A program made the position numbers and the translations under genes. A stretch of DNA of 55,196 bases, filler included, from Sphacelaria rigidula (Eukaryota): assembly GCA_964200075.2 (NCBI GenBank). It is 3 parts of 3 records of this genome, joined end to end, with 100 filler letters (N's around TTAATTAATTAA, not from the genome) between each part and the next. Parts side by side here need not be neighbours in the genome. Positions count along the whole stretch, not along the records: positions 18,434 to 36,765 come from CAXNAA020000872.1; positions 36,866 to 55,196 come from CAXNAA020000873.1; 1 more part is not named here. One strand, given 5' to 3'. The notes under the pieces were generated by a model. It did not search any database and was not told the origin of the DNA. It worked only from the letters and a program-made list of their open reading frames with translations. Below are positions 34,786-47,274 of the stretch, piece by piece; the stretch's first letter is position 1, and every line of letters starts with the position of its first letter.

Positions 34786-36765
34786 CTGCCGTCGGCAATC
34801 AAGTACATAACCTTTGAAAACAAAGTTGGAGACGGTGACGCGTCATGTTAATAGGTCTAACTCTGGAAATAGTGCAGCTTCGCCGCCGCATCCCCCCAAT
34901 CCCCCCCCATTGTCCCCGTGTAAAATTTTGGCGGCTTCCTGCTTATTCTGTACATAGCAAAAAATATGTGTTTTCCCCTCGCTTCCTAAATCCACTGTAG
35001 TTTCTGAACATTTGAAGTTCATGCGTTCCTAGCTGCTGCAAGCGCACAGAGGGAGGACGAGAGTGAACATCGAGTTCCTCTTTTTGTCGTCCACGGCGAC
35101 TTTGTTGCAGGATCAAGCAGTCCTCTCGTACATTCCCACCCTCGTTTCGCTTGCTTCGCTCTACCTGCAGTGACCCTTGCGAGCGCAAGAACAGACGTAT
35201 CAGATCAAAACACGCAAGTTATATGCCGTGGTGGTGTTGGTGTGAGGGGCGGTAGTGTACCATATAAAGCAGATTTCGTGCTGTCCGGGTAGCTTTTCTG
35301 CCTCGGGAGTGCATGTGTGATGTCAAATCTCCTGGGTTTTTTTCGTGTATGGTTTAGTTGCGTGGTGCTTTTACCGCTCGCTCGCTCGGAACAGGCGTCG
35401 TTATTGGTGGCATGCTGGCCTGGTGTCTGTTACTGGATTTTTTTTTGTATTTCCTGCTTCTGCTGCTCGGTCGGAGCCTCAGGACAGATTTTTACCAAGA
35501 ACGACCGGGTGTGTCTATCTTTCCAGGGTGTTTGAATCTGTGTTTTGATATGGGTTTGTGCCAACCCGTTTTCAGTTGACAAAAGGCGATAGATGGCAAG
35601 GGTCGTCGCTAAAAGAATCCTGCGCACCCCTTCTTACTCCGCCACCAGCACATCTCCTTCTCGCGTGTCGATCCTTCGTACAGAATCTGCGAGTATGTAT
35701 TTAAACTGGATATGACGGCAGGGCTTGTGAACATTCTCGTGTGAAGCTTGCAATATCGTAGTGGGTACGATACTGCGTTGCATATCACCAACAGAGCACG
35801 CAAATTGCGTGGGTTTATTGATTGACTAACGACGGGCTACGTGTTGAACGCATGGTATATACGGTTGGGGGGCACTGTTGAAAAGTGATGCGGGGTTGAA
35901 CTGTACGCGTGGATCCAGCAGGTCTTTGTAGAGTGCATTTCCCTGCCATCTGCCCCAGATTACTGTTTCTTGTGCGCTTTATTAACGTTGCATCTGGATT
36001 TGTGGATTGGTCAGGAGAAATCCGGTATTTCAATCCTCCTACGCGCAGGCTGTTCGTGTATGTTGGCTGGTCGCATGTTTAGGTGGTACAGGTGTTCTAT
36101 ATATGAGTCAGGTGACGGTGTGTTTTTGTGCTTGAGTCCAAGGGCGTGGTGGGGATATCTCATCATGTTGGCTGCTGTAGGGAACAGTACAGTAATATCG
36201 GATAAAAAAAAACGGTGCTATTCGCCTTACCATCTTCATGATTTGTACAGAGGATGTCTCACGCGCATCACCCAAAATTTGGTGGTCAGCGAACGTGTCC
36301 CGCAATACCTTCCCGATAATCGGCACATGTGCTTCGCCTCTACCCTATTTTCTCTTCGCGAGTAGCACCCAGACACCACGGGGCATAACGAAATTGGAAG
36401 GCTGACATTTGTTTTTCCCTCCCTGTTCGAGATGGGCATGTGATCCCAAAACTCAAAACCACCGATGAATGGCGGGGAAAAAAAAATGATGGAACACCAC
36501 CCTCCGAGTGACGAGTGTAGTGTGTTGTGTATTGACCTCGTGTATTACGGTGTCGTATAGTTGGGCGTTCGACGCCACTCGTCTATTCGATGGGAACATC
36601 GTGAGACTTGGAGGAACCGCATCAAAAGGGGTGTCACGCACGAGATGACGCGAAGAATACATTCGTGATGATCTATGCCTCGGGGTATTCTAGATTTGGT
36701 ATTGATTTCTGTGACGAAAAAACTTGAGCAATAGACTAGAAAAGGTATACCTTCTCGTTTGTTGC

Positions 36766-36865
36766 NNNNNNNNNNNNNNNNNNNNNNNNNNNNNNNNNNN
36801 NNNNNNNNNTTAATTAATTAANNNNNNNNNNNNNNNNNNNNNNNNNNNNNNNNNNNNNNNNNNNN
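36766..36865. other. Artificial contig linker (N44-TTAATTAATTAA-N44)
   Basis: Identical to the first linker; 12-mer at 36810-36821. Confidence 0.98.
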
Positions 36866-36923
36866 CTCATTATACTAAAATGAGGTGATTTTCAGACGAA
36901 TCATTATTTGTCCGACCCTCGGA
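36866..36923 (+). repeat. 3' end of the same element at a contig start
   Basis: CTCATTATACTAAAATGAGGTGATTTTCAGACGAATCATTATTTGTCCGACCCTCGGA matches 33070-33130. Confidence 0.72.
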
Positions 36924-38363
36924 ACATTGCCTTCGCCTTAGTCAGCAGCAAACACAAGAACGTGCAGTGAGCCGTTGGCGAGTTGAACAAGGCACACACG
37001 TGGGCAAACGTCCTCACTGTGGGTCAGCTAAGCTCGACAAGTGCAGGGGGGGGACGAAATCCCTGTGGTCATGTAACCCGTAACAGAGAGTTCCCTCAAA
37101 GGATGCACCTGTGTGAAGACCCGGCGCGGGAATGTCCTTGTGACAGGGACGACAGAGATGCCCTTGTGACAAGTATGCATCCCCGCACAAGTTCTTCACA
37201 GAGGGGACTTGAAGAAATGTACGTAAGCAATGGTTGGTACTAGGGAGATGCCACCAACTTCAACGTTAATCCTAGCACTAACATCGACCAAAGCATACCG
37301 AGAACTCTCGGGCAAGGGGAGTGCAGTTTCTTAGCTAAAGCGTGCGGTGCGAGAACTCTAATCGACGCCCTTCGAGAGCTCAAATCGACGCCTTTGAGCC
37401 GATTTTGGACCAAAACACGTTCTGGACGACCTGGTTCTACTGCTCACCACTGCCCACATGCCCCAAATAATTTGTTTCAGAACTTTTTCCAAGTCTGAAA
37501 CCACGTCAAATCGAGTACCACTCGTTGTTAATGTACGTTTCTTGAGGTCCACCAGTGTCGCACTACAGGCGAACGCGTATTTCATGCTCAGATGCATAAA
37601 CTTAGACATGTTGAACGGCTGGACGGCCGATGCGGTAGCAAACTCGCACCGGTCTGTACTGCGGCCCTTTCTGGATCATGACCATCTGTAGTGCATCGAT
37701 CGACATACAGTCTGTAGAGCTGCACACTTCATGGCGCACGGCCCTAAGCGCGCTGCGGCCGCTGCGAGGCGCTGAAACATCGCTCATAGGCTGTGCAAAC
37801 CACAGTCAACAGTTCCAAGTCGCTACATCTGGTGCTGTGCGCTGCAGCAGTGCGCACCAGAGGGCAAAACGGTAAGATTTGTTCCGAAAAAAAATGTTTT
37901 TCCTCTTGGCGCAGCTCTGACTTGACAGGAACATCTCTGCGCCGGAACTTCACAGGTTATTAGCTGTGAGTTAGCCCGCTGCTCCGGAAAGGGCCTCGCG
38001 GAGGGATATTTCGGAAGTGAAACGATTGAATCACTAGTTGACTGCTTTTCCTTCTCAATCGTATCCTCTACTCTCAATCTCACGAAAACATCGTTCTATG
38101 TAATTGGAGGCTCCCTCATCAGTTGTGTTTGTTTGTCCACGTCGACTTATTTTTCGAGGAGGGCAATATATACCTGCTCCATCGAAGCGGACAAAGGGAT
38201 GACTCGCGCGCTTTTTCTCCCGTCATTCAACCCATGTGTATCATGTACATGTATCATTTCACATTTTCACCACTTGTGTCGAGTTTCCTCCGCCAGCAAA
38301 GCATTTTTTTCCACGTTTCTTCTGAAGCGCACTGAGAAGGCATACGAAGTATATTTGCTATTA

Positions 38364-38430
38364 TCGACTTGCGTCACCCCCGGGAGGGCCGTACCAACCT
38401 CCCGAAGAGGAACCTTGTATATATTTATAT
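38364..38430 (+). repeat. ~65-bp interspersed repeat with (TA)-rich tail
   Basis: TCGACTTGCGTCACCCCCGGGAGG..CTCCCGAAG.GGAACCTT; inverted copy at 49276-49352. Confidence 0.75.
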
Positions 38431-39479
38431 ATTCGCGCAAGCGTGTTGACCCCTTAGGGGCCGGACTCCCCACAATGGTATGCTTGTGGCACGTTTCCCC
38501 CCTTTCCCCACACAATCGTGTGTTAGTGGCAGGTGTCCATTAGTTTGTTTCAAAGTCGAAATAGTACCAATTCGCAAGAAGTGTGAAATGGCATCATTTG
38601 AATTGAAAACAACACCAATGGACGCCAGCCACAAACACATGATTGGGGGAGGAAAGGGTCGCATAAGGGTTATGCGAAACATTACATCAGCCGCAGATCG
38701 CAACGGCACCATGGTACGTAACACTTCCCAAGCACCAAAGACCGACGAGTTGTGAGTTGTGAGTGTGGTTCTTATGTCGATGCAGACAAACTCGGGACCG
38801 ATTTCCAGGGAAACGTTGTGTAGTCGTTGTGGCGTTTGTGATCGGTAAATTGGCGAGAAAAGAGCCGAATGTGTGGGCGCCATCGTTGGAGTTGGCGCGT
38901 AGATCCCTTGCGCGCAGCGTGCCGCGTCAGGTACAGTCTGGGAAGATATGACTCAAGATAGTTTGTTACAAGGCCCGGGTGCCGAGGAGCCTCCCGATTG
39001 CTGTGCATTAAAAGTTCGGAGCGAAATCGGACTAGATTGTGTGTTTTTTCTGTTTTCGCGTTTCTGATCATTCTTGGCACCTTTCTTAGTCGAAATACCA
39101 GAAGGTATACCTTTTCGAGGCCATTGCCGAATCGTTCTTGTGAGAAGTCGAAGATGAGCGATAAAAGGTGGAGGGGAACAAATGCAGGCGGACACGCGAA
39201 CCTCAAGAAACAGCTGTAGAAACACGCAAATATCAACATCACGTCACAATTGGTTTCACAGAGAAAACAATGATATGCCAGAGGTAAATGACCGACAGGT
39301 GAGGAAAGGCTTGGATATACTAATATTTCAGGAAAAGACTACAAACGACACGGAACTATTTTGTACTCGGAGTTGTTTCCATGCCGAATACCGGTGTTAA
39401 AGTATCCAAATTGTCCGCAGTCCCCCGAAACGTGTGCGAATCCAGCCCACCATGCTGCGGGAACTCAAGACGATAAAGT

Positions 39480-41315
39480 GGTTTTTAGCTAAAATAGGGG
39501 ATCTGTATGATTTTCTCCGAGTCTGCGATTTTCAATAGTGTTTTCGGTTGCCACTGCTCATCCGAGTGAGCGATTGATGCCAAGTTTTGGAGATTAGAAG
39601 ATACTAGGTATCCCCTTTTCATCCTGAAACGAAGTCATATCTGCACTTGACATCGAATGACTGACGGGTTGACCGGTTTTTCGAGGGTCCTGCGACTACC
39701 CCGCATCAGGTTCCGACCTTGGAGTATTTTCGGTCGATTGGAGCAATCCCGATCGTCCTCGTGAACAAATGAAAAATACTGTTGAAGAATTTCTATCGCT
39801 TCATGGCGCTAGAGCCAAAAACCTTTGTTCTTTGGATCAATGACTGTCGATAACAATCGCTGATAGACGAGGTCCTCATTCCGTATTACCCGACAACATC
39901 AATTGATGACTGTGTCCTCAGCACAAACTGCTTCGTTTGAATTTACCCATGGACAATACGACTCTCGAGTGCAAAGGAAGGATGCATCGCCCGAAAATTA
40001 AGGAGGGTACCAATAAACGAGAATTGCTCGACCGAGCGCTGCATACGAGCTGGGCCGCCCAAGAAGCCACCAGGGATGTTGAAATGCATATTTTTCGCTC
40101 ACTTTTGGATCGTTTTCGATGCGATTTTGACACGATGTACAGGACGTATGTGCGGGTGCCGCACTTCTGCCCCCATGTTCAGTTATTGTCAATTTTGGTC
40201 CAAAAAACTGTTCTGAAATATACCGTCGCCAATAACTCACGTAGAAAATAAAAAAATAGAACATAGTGGGAGAGGTTCGGTATTACATACGTCCCGTACG
40301 TCGTGTCGAAATTTCATCAAAAACGACATCGTGTCGAAATTTCATCGAAAACAATCCGAAGTCAAGCGAAGAACATACGTCATTCCGTCGACAACCGGTC
40401 ACTCAAGTATATATGGAGGTGGACCGGTGACGAATAGTTCAAAAGCATTTCTGCTGTTCAATTTCAAGCTGTTTTCGATGTACAGGACGTATGTCCGAAT
40501 ACCGACCCTTTCCTCCTATGATTTTTTGTTGTTGTGAGTTATTGGCAATTTTGTCCCGCAAAGAAACTGTTCTGGAATTTTCCGTCGCCAATAACTCACG
40601 AAGAAGAGAAGAAAAAAAACACGGGAGGAACGAAGGGGGTTTTTGCACATACGTACTGTACACTCATGTCAAAATTTTATCGAGAACGACTGAATGTTGA
40701 GCTCGGAAATGGTGCCACAGCTTGTGCGGCACCAGGCGGTACAAAACTGGCTGTAACCGAAACTCCAGTCTCCGCCGTTTTTTTGGCTAATGCCGCCGCA
40801 CATAGTACACTCAACTTTATACACTTTCGCACTCAACTACAGTTTGGTATTTCGTTTGATGATACCTCGTCGGATCGCAGCGCTACATGGATTTGAAGAC
40901 GCGCTGATTTGCCGATCACCACGATGTGTCATAGTAGGCACAACTCACGATACATCGTTAGTTAAAACGGGTTGAAGGAAAGTGAGCTTCTCAGGCGACC
41001 CAGCCTGTAGCTCACAAGGGGGGGTGAACCGATTCCGATAACTTTCATGGATAACGTCACGCGCCATTTTTTCTTCACCCTTTCATTGCGTTAATTGTTT
41101 TTTGCCCGGGGACGGCCAACACCACCTGTCAAGTCAACCCGTAAGTCGTTCGAAATCAAGCGCATAGACGATTGTGAAGCGGATGCACAGTACATCTCGA
41201 TCCTCGAACGTTAGGATCAAGGGCTCACCGGGATGAGCGACGGCGCGCTGAAAAACCATTGCAAATCGCCGACCACGAACATATTCCGAAAATCCTCTAT
41301 TTCAGCTGAAACTTA
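39480..41315. mobile_element. ~1.8-kb foldback-type element with ~200-bp diverged terminal inverted repeats and internal hairpin modules
   Basis: 39480-39675 pairs with the reverse complement of 41130-41315 (TTAGCTAAAATAGGGGAT / ATCCTCTATTTCAGCTGAA; GACGGGTTGAC / GTCAACCCGT). 39500-39930 is also homologous to 6045-6480. Confidence 0.6.
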
Positions 41316-44300
41316 CTATAGCTCCTATTGATAATGAGAGCCATCTCGCACCACAGATAACTGAATCACGTGTACTACGCAGTGCAGAGGCTGGCCGTGG
41401 AACACCCGCGCTTCAAGACCAAACCATCCTTGGAAACCCGCGTCTATTATACCTGGTGTAGCTCAACGGTGAACATGGCATCTCAAACTGCGTTTCGATT
41501 CCTGGGGATGCTCATGAAACCTTCAGTACTTCGGTTACTAAGTCCGCCTTATATGATCCGAGGACTGCAGTGATTCCGGGCTGTGGCATTTCCCCGATAA
41601 CAGGTTCCGAACCCATTTCTTGCGACTCTATAAGACAGTTTTGCGCGTTTCACACCGAGCCGGATACGTGCACTGTCGTGATGGTTGCCATGGTTGACGT
41701 GGTATACGAAACAGCTATCGCTGTACAGCCCGGGGTCTATAGCCGTATAGTCTAATCTGTAACACCCCATCTGTGCGGCTGCACTGCATCTACCGTGGAG
41801 TATGCTGCTTCCGCTTGTACAGGTGTAACACATGTACTGCTTTTGCAGTTGCCCGGCGGCACTGGCTACATCGTAATGCTGCTGCATCGTACACTGTGTA
41901 GTGTCGTGGTGAATGGATGCCACCACGTGCAGCTGTATTTCATGTTTATTCAGCCTGTTCAGTTGGCCGCATCATGCCTGATCGGAGACATTTTGAGTGA
42001 TTTCACGTTCCGACGAACCTCGACTTCTCCGAAAACGGTTCGGCTTTTTCAAAACGATGGGAGTGGAAGGCATATGCCAGGGGAGACTCCCCATTCCGGA
42101 GAGGGTCATTCTCTCTGAAAGGTTCCATAAGAAGCTGTGTGAAAACCATCACCTGGAAGAAACGCTCGAACCCGTCTGATGGAGTTCTACATGTACTCGG
42201 AAGAAGCGTTGTTGGAGCTTTCCTCTGCCTCATTTGTATGCCTTTTCGCATCTCACCGTGCGTCGCACGGAAGGAGATGCCATTTCGGGGGAGAAACGAA
42301 AATAACTGCGGGCAGAAAAATATCGACGTGCAACAGCAAGTACCTAGCGAACTAACGGGTGGGGCTTCTAGTTTCGAGCTGGCCTTTGCCCACTTTTGAG
42401 GAAGACTACAATTTCAGTACGGTGTAGTGACCGCACAGGACTACAGGAACTTGTGGTCATGGGGTGATATGAGAAGAGTCTGCTGTCGTTCTTGAAGTGG
42501 TGGAACTAGGCAGCTTCTTCTTTTTTGCGAATTGTGCTCGCCGTTGTTCAGGTAAGCGAGGAATATATCCATCTGTAGCTTTTTTACATGGTAAATATGC
42601 GTCGTCTCTCATTCCCCCGTTTGTTTTCATTTGTCTGATATTTCAATAAGCACACACTACGGCTGCTGGATTCGCAATCTATTCATCCGCGCTCCATGCG
42701 TACATGTTATAGAAGACTATGAAGGGCTGTGCAGTACAGTAGGGTACGGTTCGATATCGTGAAGTACAGAACGGTACCGTTGCACGCGGGGAATGCCGAC
42801 GATGGCGTTTCTGCTGCGGTGGGGTACGGCTGTTTTTGATTCCATTGCAACATAGACCTCACCCTGGACGGGTTGGCACGTTTCCAGCATATCTCGATAG
42901 TGTGTGTAGACAGCACATTTTCGGGCTTCGATACATGTTGGTACGTTCTTGTGGGAAGTTTATAAGGCGGGGCAGTATTTGTTGTTCACATCGTCAACGT
43001 CGAGTGTGTTCGCGCCGGCGTGTGCTGACCACGAGGCTGCTCTACGAACAACATACTTCCGAATGTAATTCACTCAACAGCGGTGGATATATGTACGGGT
43101 AGGTAGGCATGTATTGTATTGCGTCAAGAGGAAGCATAACATGTTGCGACAATGTATGCCAAACATACTATGCACTATAATGTTATTATCGCGTGCATTT
43201 CTGTACACCACGAGCCGTCCATAGGTTGTAGAAACAAGATGTATCGGAGATGTATCGAGAACGTATGTATGTCAGGTGGTACGCACTTGACAAAATGCTG
43301 TCGGATAGCACCGGCGAGCCTGGAGATGCAACCTACTGTAACTCTCGAACACGTTTTGATATAATTAATCGAAAGTACGACATATAGTGCACGTCGGTGA
43401 ATATTGTGTACCTGCCGGCCCAGCCGTACGACACTCTCCTTCATCCCCTACTGCACGGATTGACAGTATGAGGTCGTGTCTCGAGGCATGTGCCAACGTT
43501 CGACCGAATCCACATCACGACACGCGACACTGACGGCCCCATGACCCCGGCGAGCAAACAAACAACATATGAGAACGAACAGACACTGCGTGAAGGGAGT
43601 CAAGGCGTGCTTTTCGGGGGCTGATGTGTCAGCTTTGTGTTTTCTTGTCGCATACTCCTTGCACCAGGGCCGAAATGTTACCCGACCACCACTGCGAGAC
43701 CCACCACATCCTCGAACCTGCATGTCTGTGGATCCGGTGATGAAACGGCCTCGATCCGGTTGTTCTTTTGACCAAGGTTATGCACTACAGTGAAGTGCGG
43801 TCTACGTATTCATTCCTCTGGGGCATTTTCGGAGTTTTTGTAATTGGCGATTTTCTTGGACTCTTTCCGCCTGCAACCGCCCATCACATTGGGGATCTGA
43901 AGCTATTTGTATCCGCTCCACAATCCAAGAAAAAAAAAATGTACACAATATTGAGCGACTTACGGGCTGACCGCTCGCTCATCGGGTGTCCTGCCAGTTT
44001 TGGCTCAGGTTCTTACTCTTCGGTATTTTCTGTCCATCGAGTCTGTCCCGGTCATATTTTTGAGAAACTGTCAGTTTTGTTTTTGAATTTCTACCTACCC
44101 ATTGCTCTAGGGCCGAAAATATGTGTTTCACGGTCAATAACACCCTCCTGAAAAATGGGGCATTCACTCGTATCGCTCGGTAACACCAACTGACACTGAC
44201 TTGAGCACTGTGTTTCGATGATGATACATTTATTGTACTAAAATCTACCCGACGCTAGCAATTTCGAGTTTAATCGAAGAGAAGTACGCGTGGAAAAACC

Positions 44301-45279
44301 AAAGCACCCCTAGACCACCCACTACTGTAGATCACCGACGACCACTTTGAAAACAGAGGTATGTTCAATACCTCAGCAAATCTAATTAGCAAGAACTTCG
44401 CTTTACTTGATGATCGAGTAAGGGCGTTGTACGCATTGGATTCAAGCTTCGATCCAGCCTATACTCGGTGAGAAAATGTTTAATTTCGGCATTCGATTTC
44501 GACATCCGACATATATGTGAAGCCGCGCTCGAAGAGATATCTTTGAGACATGGGCACCAGAACAGCGCCCTGTACCCGAGGGTTCACGGCCTACTTCTCT
44601 GCGGTAAGGGTTAAGGTTATCCTTCGAGGTAATCGTGCTCGTCGTGGAATATTATCCAACTTGGGGTTCGCGTCATCACGTTTCCTTTGACCACACCTCG
44701 TGTCCTTTCTGAACTCCAAACCAAGGTCGTAAAATGGGCAGTATTTTCGGTTTCGGCACAAGTTCGAAACCGACTTCAGTGCCAAGAGTATTCCGTGATA
44801 TCAAGCTCGTGGCGTCTTCGGGAGAATCGTGCACCCGTGCGAAGACGTTCGACCAACGACCACTTGAAGAGTCGCGGCAGTATCCACCTACCTGCAGACA
44901 ACAGCATTACGATTCCGCTTGTTTCATTCATTCATTCCAATGAAATTTCAAATTCGTTACCTGTCGGGAAAATAAATGACGCGCCGAAAACAAAGCATTG
45001 CTGCATTTTCAAGCGAGGATTTTTCACGCAGTGCAAGTTTAACCGCATTTCAAGTAATAAAGTCTCGCTCGCTGCATTCCAATTTCATTTCCTCTGTGCA
45101 GAATATTCAATGAGTATGAAATCGCCTCGTTGCATTCTCACGCGAGGAAGTTGCACGCCATGAATTTCACCTTCGCTATCTGCTCTTGTCGCACGTGAAA
45201 TGAAGCAACGTTGTATTCTCGTACGGTGAAATCGCGTTGGCGAAGATATGTTATACAGCGTTTTAGTTGTGTTGTATTT

Positions 45280-46416
45280 TAAGGGTAGGTCGAGTAGAGT
45301 ATACTCAATACTCAGTATTTTTGAAGAGTCATACTTTCAGTACTCGAAGTTCGAGTAGGGTATTTGATGTCGTACTCAACCTACTCAAAATTTGAGCAGA
45401 GTATTTGAGACCATACTCAACCTACTCAAAAATTGCGTAGAGTATTCAAGTCATACTCGAGTGATACTCAATACTCAAGAATTACTGAGAGTGCCTACTC
45501 AATATTTGAGTAGAATATTTGAGGTCGTACTCGGCCTACTCAATATTTGAGCAGAGTATTTGAGGCCGTACTCGGCCTACTCAAAATTTGAGTAGAGTAG
45601 TGGAGGCCGTACTCGACCTACTCAAACTATTAGGAGAGTGTCTGAGGCCGGATCCGATGTACCGAAAACCTATAACTTCAACTTCAATATTCAAGTTCGG
45701 ACCGCCTGAGCCTCTTTTGGGGTCAGGTCTATCACTCCCGACCCCGTCGCGCCTGCTCGTCTTCCTTCCTCTGGCGACTGTTGCGATGTTTCCTCGTCTT
45801 GCACTGTTTCCACCGCTGACTCTCCCATGGTGGAGGAGTCACATGTGTGGCCAGTAGAGTCGCTCATTTTGATAATACCTACTTGACTACCCGTCTACTC
45901 GATTACTCGATGATGATGAGTAGCGCTCTGTACTAAAAGGGATCTCGAAGGCGTTGCGAAGTACCGAGTATGAATTGCCGTGGGTGGGGGCTGGTGAGAT
46001 GGGGCGCTGGGGCAGGTAGGTTCGTTCACCTGCACGGTTCATCTATTTTTCATGGCCATCCTTTACTCATACTCCTTGTTGGCTGTGATGTAACGCCGCC
46101 CATCCAATTTATGGCCATCGTCCGCCCATACATTCAACATATTCTGTGAAGTGAATCAACGAAGTCGCCGATTGTCAGGGGTACTCTATACTCAAGTATT
46201 ACTGAGAGTGCTTACTCAATATTTGAGTAGAGTATTTGAGGCCGTACTCTACCTACTCGAAATTCGAGTGGAGTATTTGAGGCCGTATTCTACCTACTCA
46301 AAATTTGAGTAGAGTATTTGAGGCCGTACTCTACCTACTCAAACGTCGAGTAGAGTAAATACTTGAGTATTTTACTCGACTACTCAAAAGTACACACTCT
46401 ACTCGACCTACCCTTG
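45280..46416. mobile_element. hAT-like non-autonomous element with 8-bp TSD and subterminal 41-bp palindromic tandem repeats
   Basis: TIRs TAAGGGTAGGTCGAGTAGAGT and ACTCTACTCGACCTACCCTTG; flanks TTGTATTT / TAGTATTT; repeat unit CCTACTCAAAATTTGAGTAGAGTATTTGAGGCCGTACTCGG at ~45380-45625 and ~46210-46350. Confidence 0.85.
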
Positions 46417-47205
46417 TAGTATTTGAACATTTCCGCAGGCTCCGTCACGTTTACATCCTTCCACACTTCCGGCACTCCAGAAACCAAACCCATCATGTAC
46501 TGACCCCAGCATGGTGTTCTAGAACTAGCTCGAGATCGGTTCATCCTACCCCTGCAATTACCTGGCACGAGGATTACTCCATGATACTCCTGTTCTATTG
46601 TAGGCGGATTGAAGCTCTCTGGACCTCATACTTCACTTCCGGTTTACGTTTTTTTTGTACGTTGGACATGAGGCGGATATCGTCCTAATGTTCCCCCTTT
46701 TTACGGTTTTTCTTGCGCCGGGAATACTTGTTTTCATATGCGTTTGAAAGACAGCACAACGTTGTATAGTCAGCGTTCCACGCGGGGTGTGTACCAACTG
46801 TGAGTCGGCTACGGTTCCACGCCCCTATACCTGCAAGGTGACGCAACTTCTATCGCGATCTTTTTTTTTGGCATGAGTGTACGAGTTGGGCCAGCCAACC
46901 ATGCGTGGTTTTCTCGCTTAGGTGACGCACGGCACAATATTAGGGGTTGGACGCTAAAATTTTGGCAGAAGCTTTTTGAATCGGAATGTATAAGATAACG
47001 TAACCAGCGAGGGAAAAAACGAAACAAAAAAATTGAAATTTAAGCAAAAATAAGATAATGCCACAAGTCCAGGAAAAAATAAATCAATCTGCAGCTTGCT
47101 TGTCACGTGAAGTATCATTTCCTTGGATACGCAAGGTCTTCCTGAAATTTCAGTTCAAGAGTCATCGAATTGGGCCGTGCATGCAACATTTTCCGCGACG
47201 CTGCT

Positions 47206-47274
47206 GCACCCCAATAATTCAAGTGATACGAGATTCCAATGATGGAGGTCATGAGTTCGAATCTCGGCGGGTTC
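47206..47274 (+). repeat. Possible decayed tRNA-derived SINE head
   Basis: B-box-like GAGTTCGAATCTC preceded by a degenerate A-box (TAATTCAAGTGAT); no cloverleaf. Confidence 0.35.

Noticed and set aside
18434..36765. Sex-determining-region locus (low gene density, kinase, many TEs)
   Set aside because: Nothing in the sequence shows sex linkage; it would need male versus female read coverage.
45290..46400. CRISPR array
   Set aside because: Units are contiguous tandem repeats without unique spacers, they lie inside TIRs with a TSD, and there are no cas genes; the context is eukaryotic.
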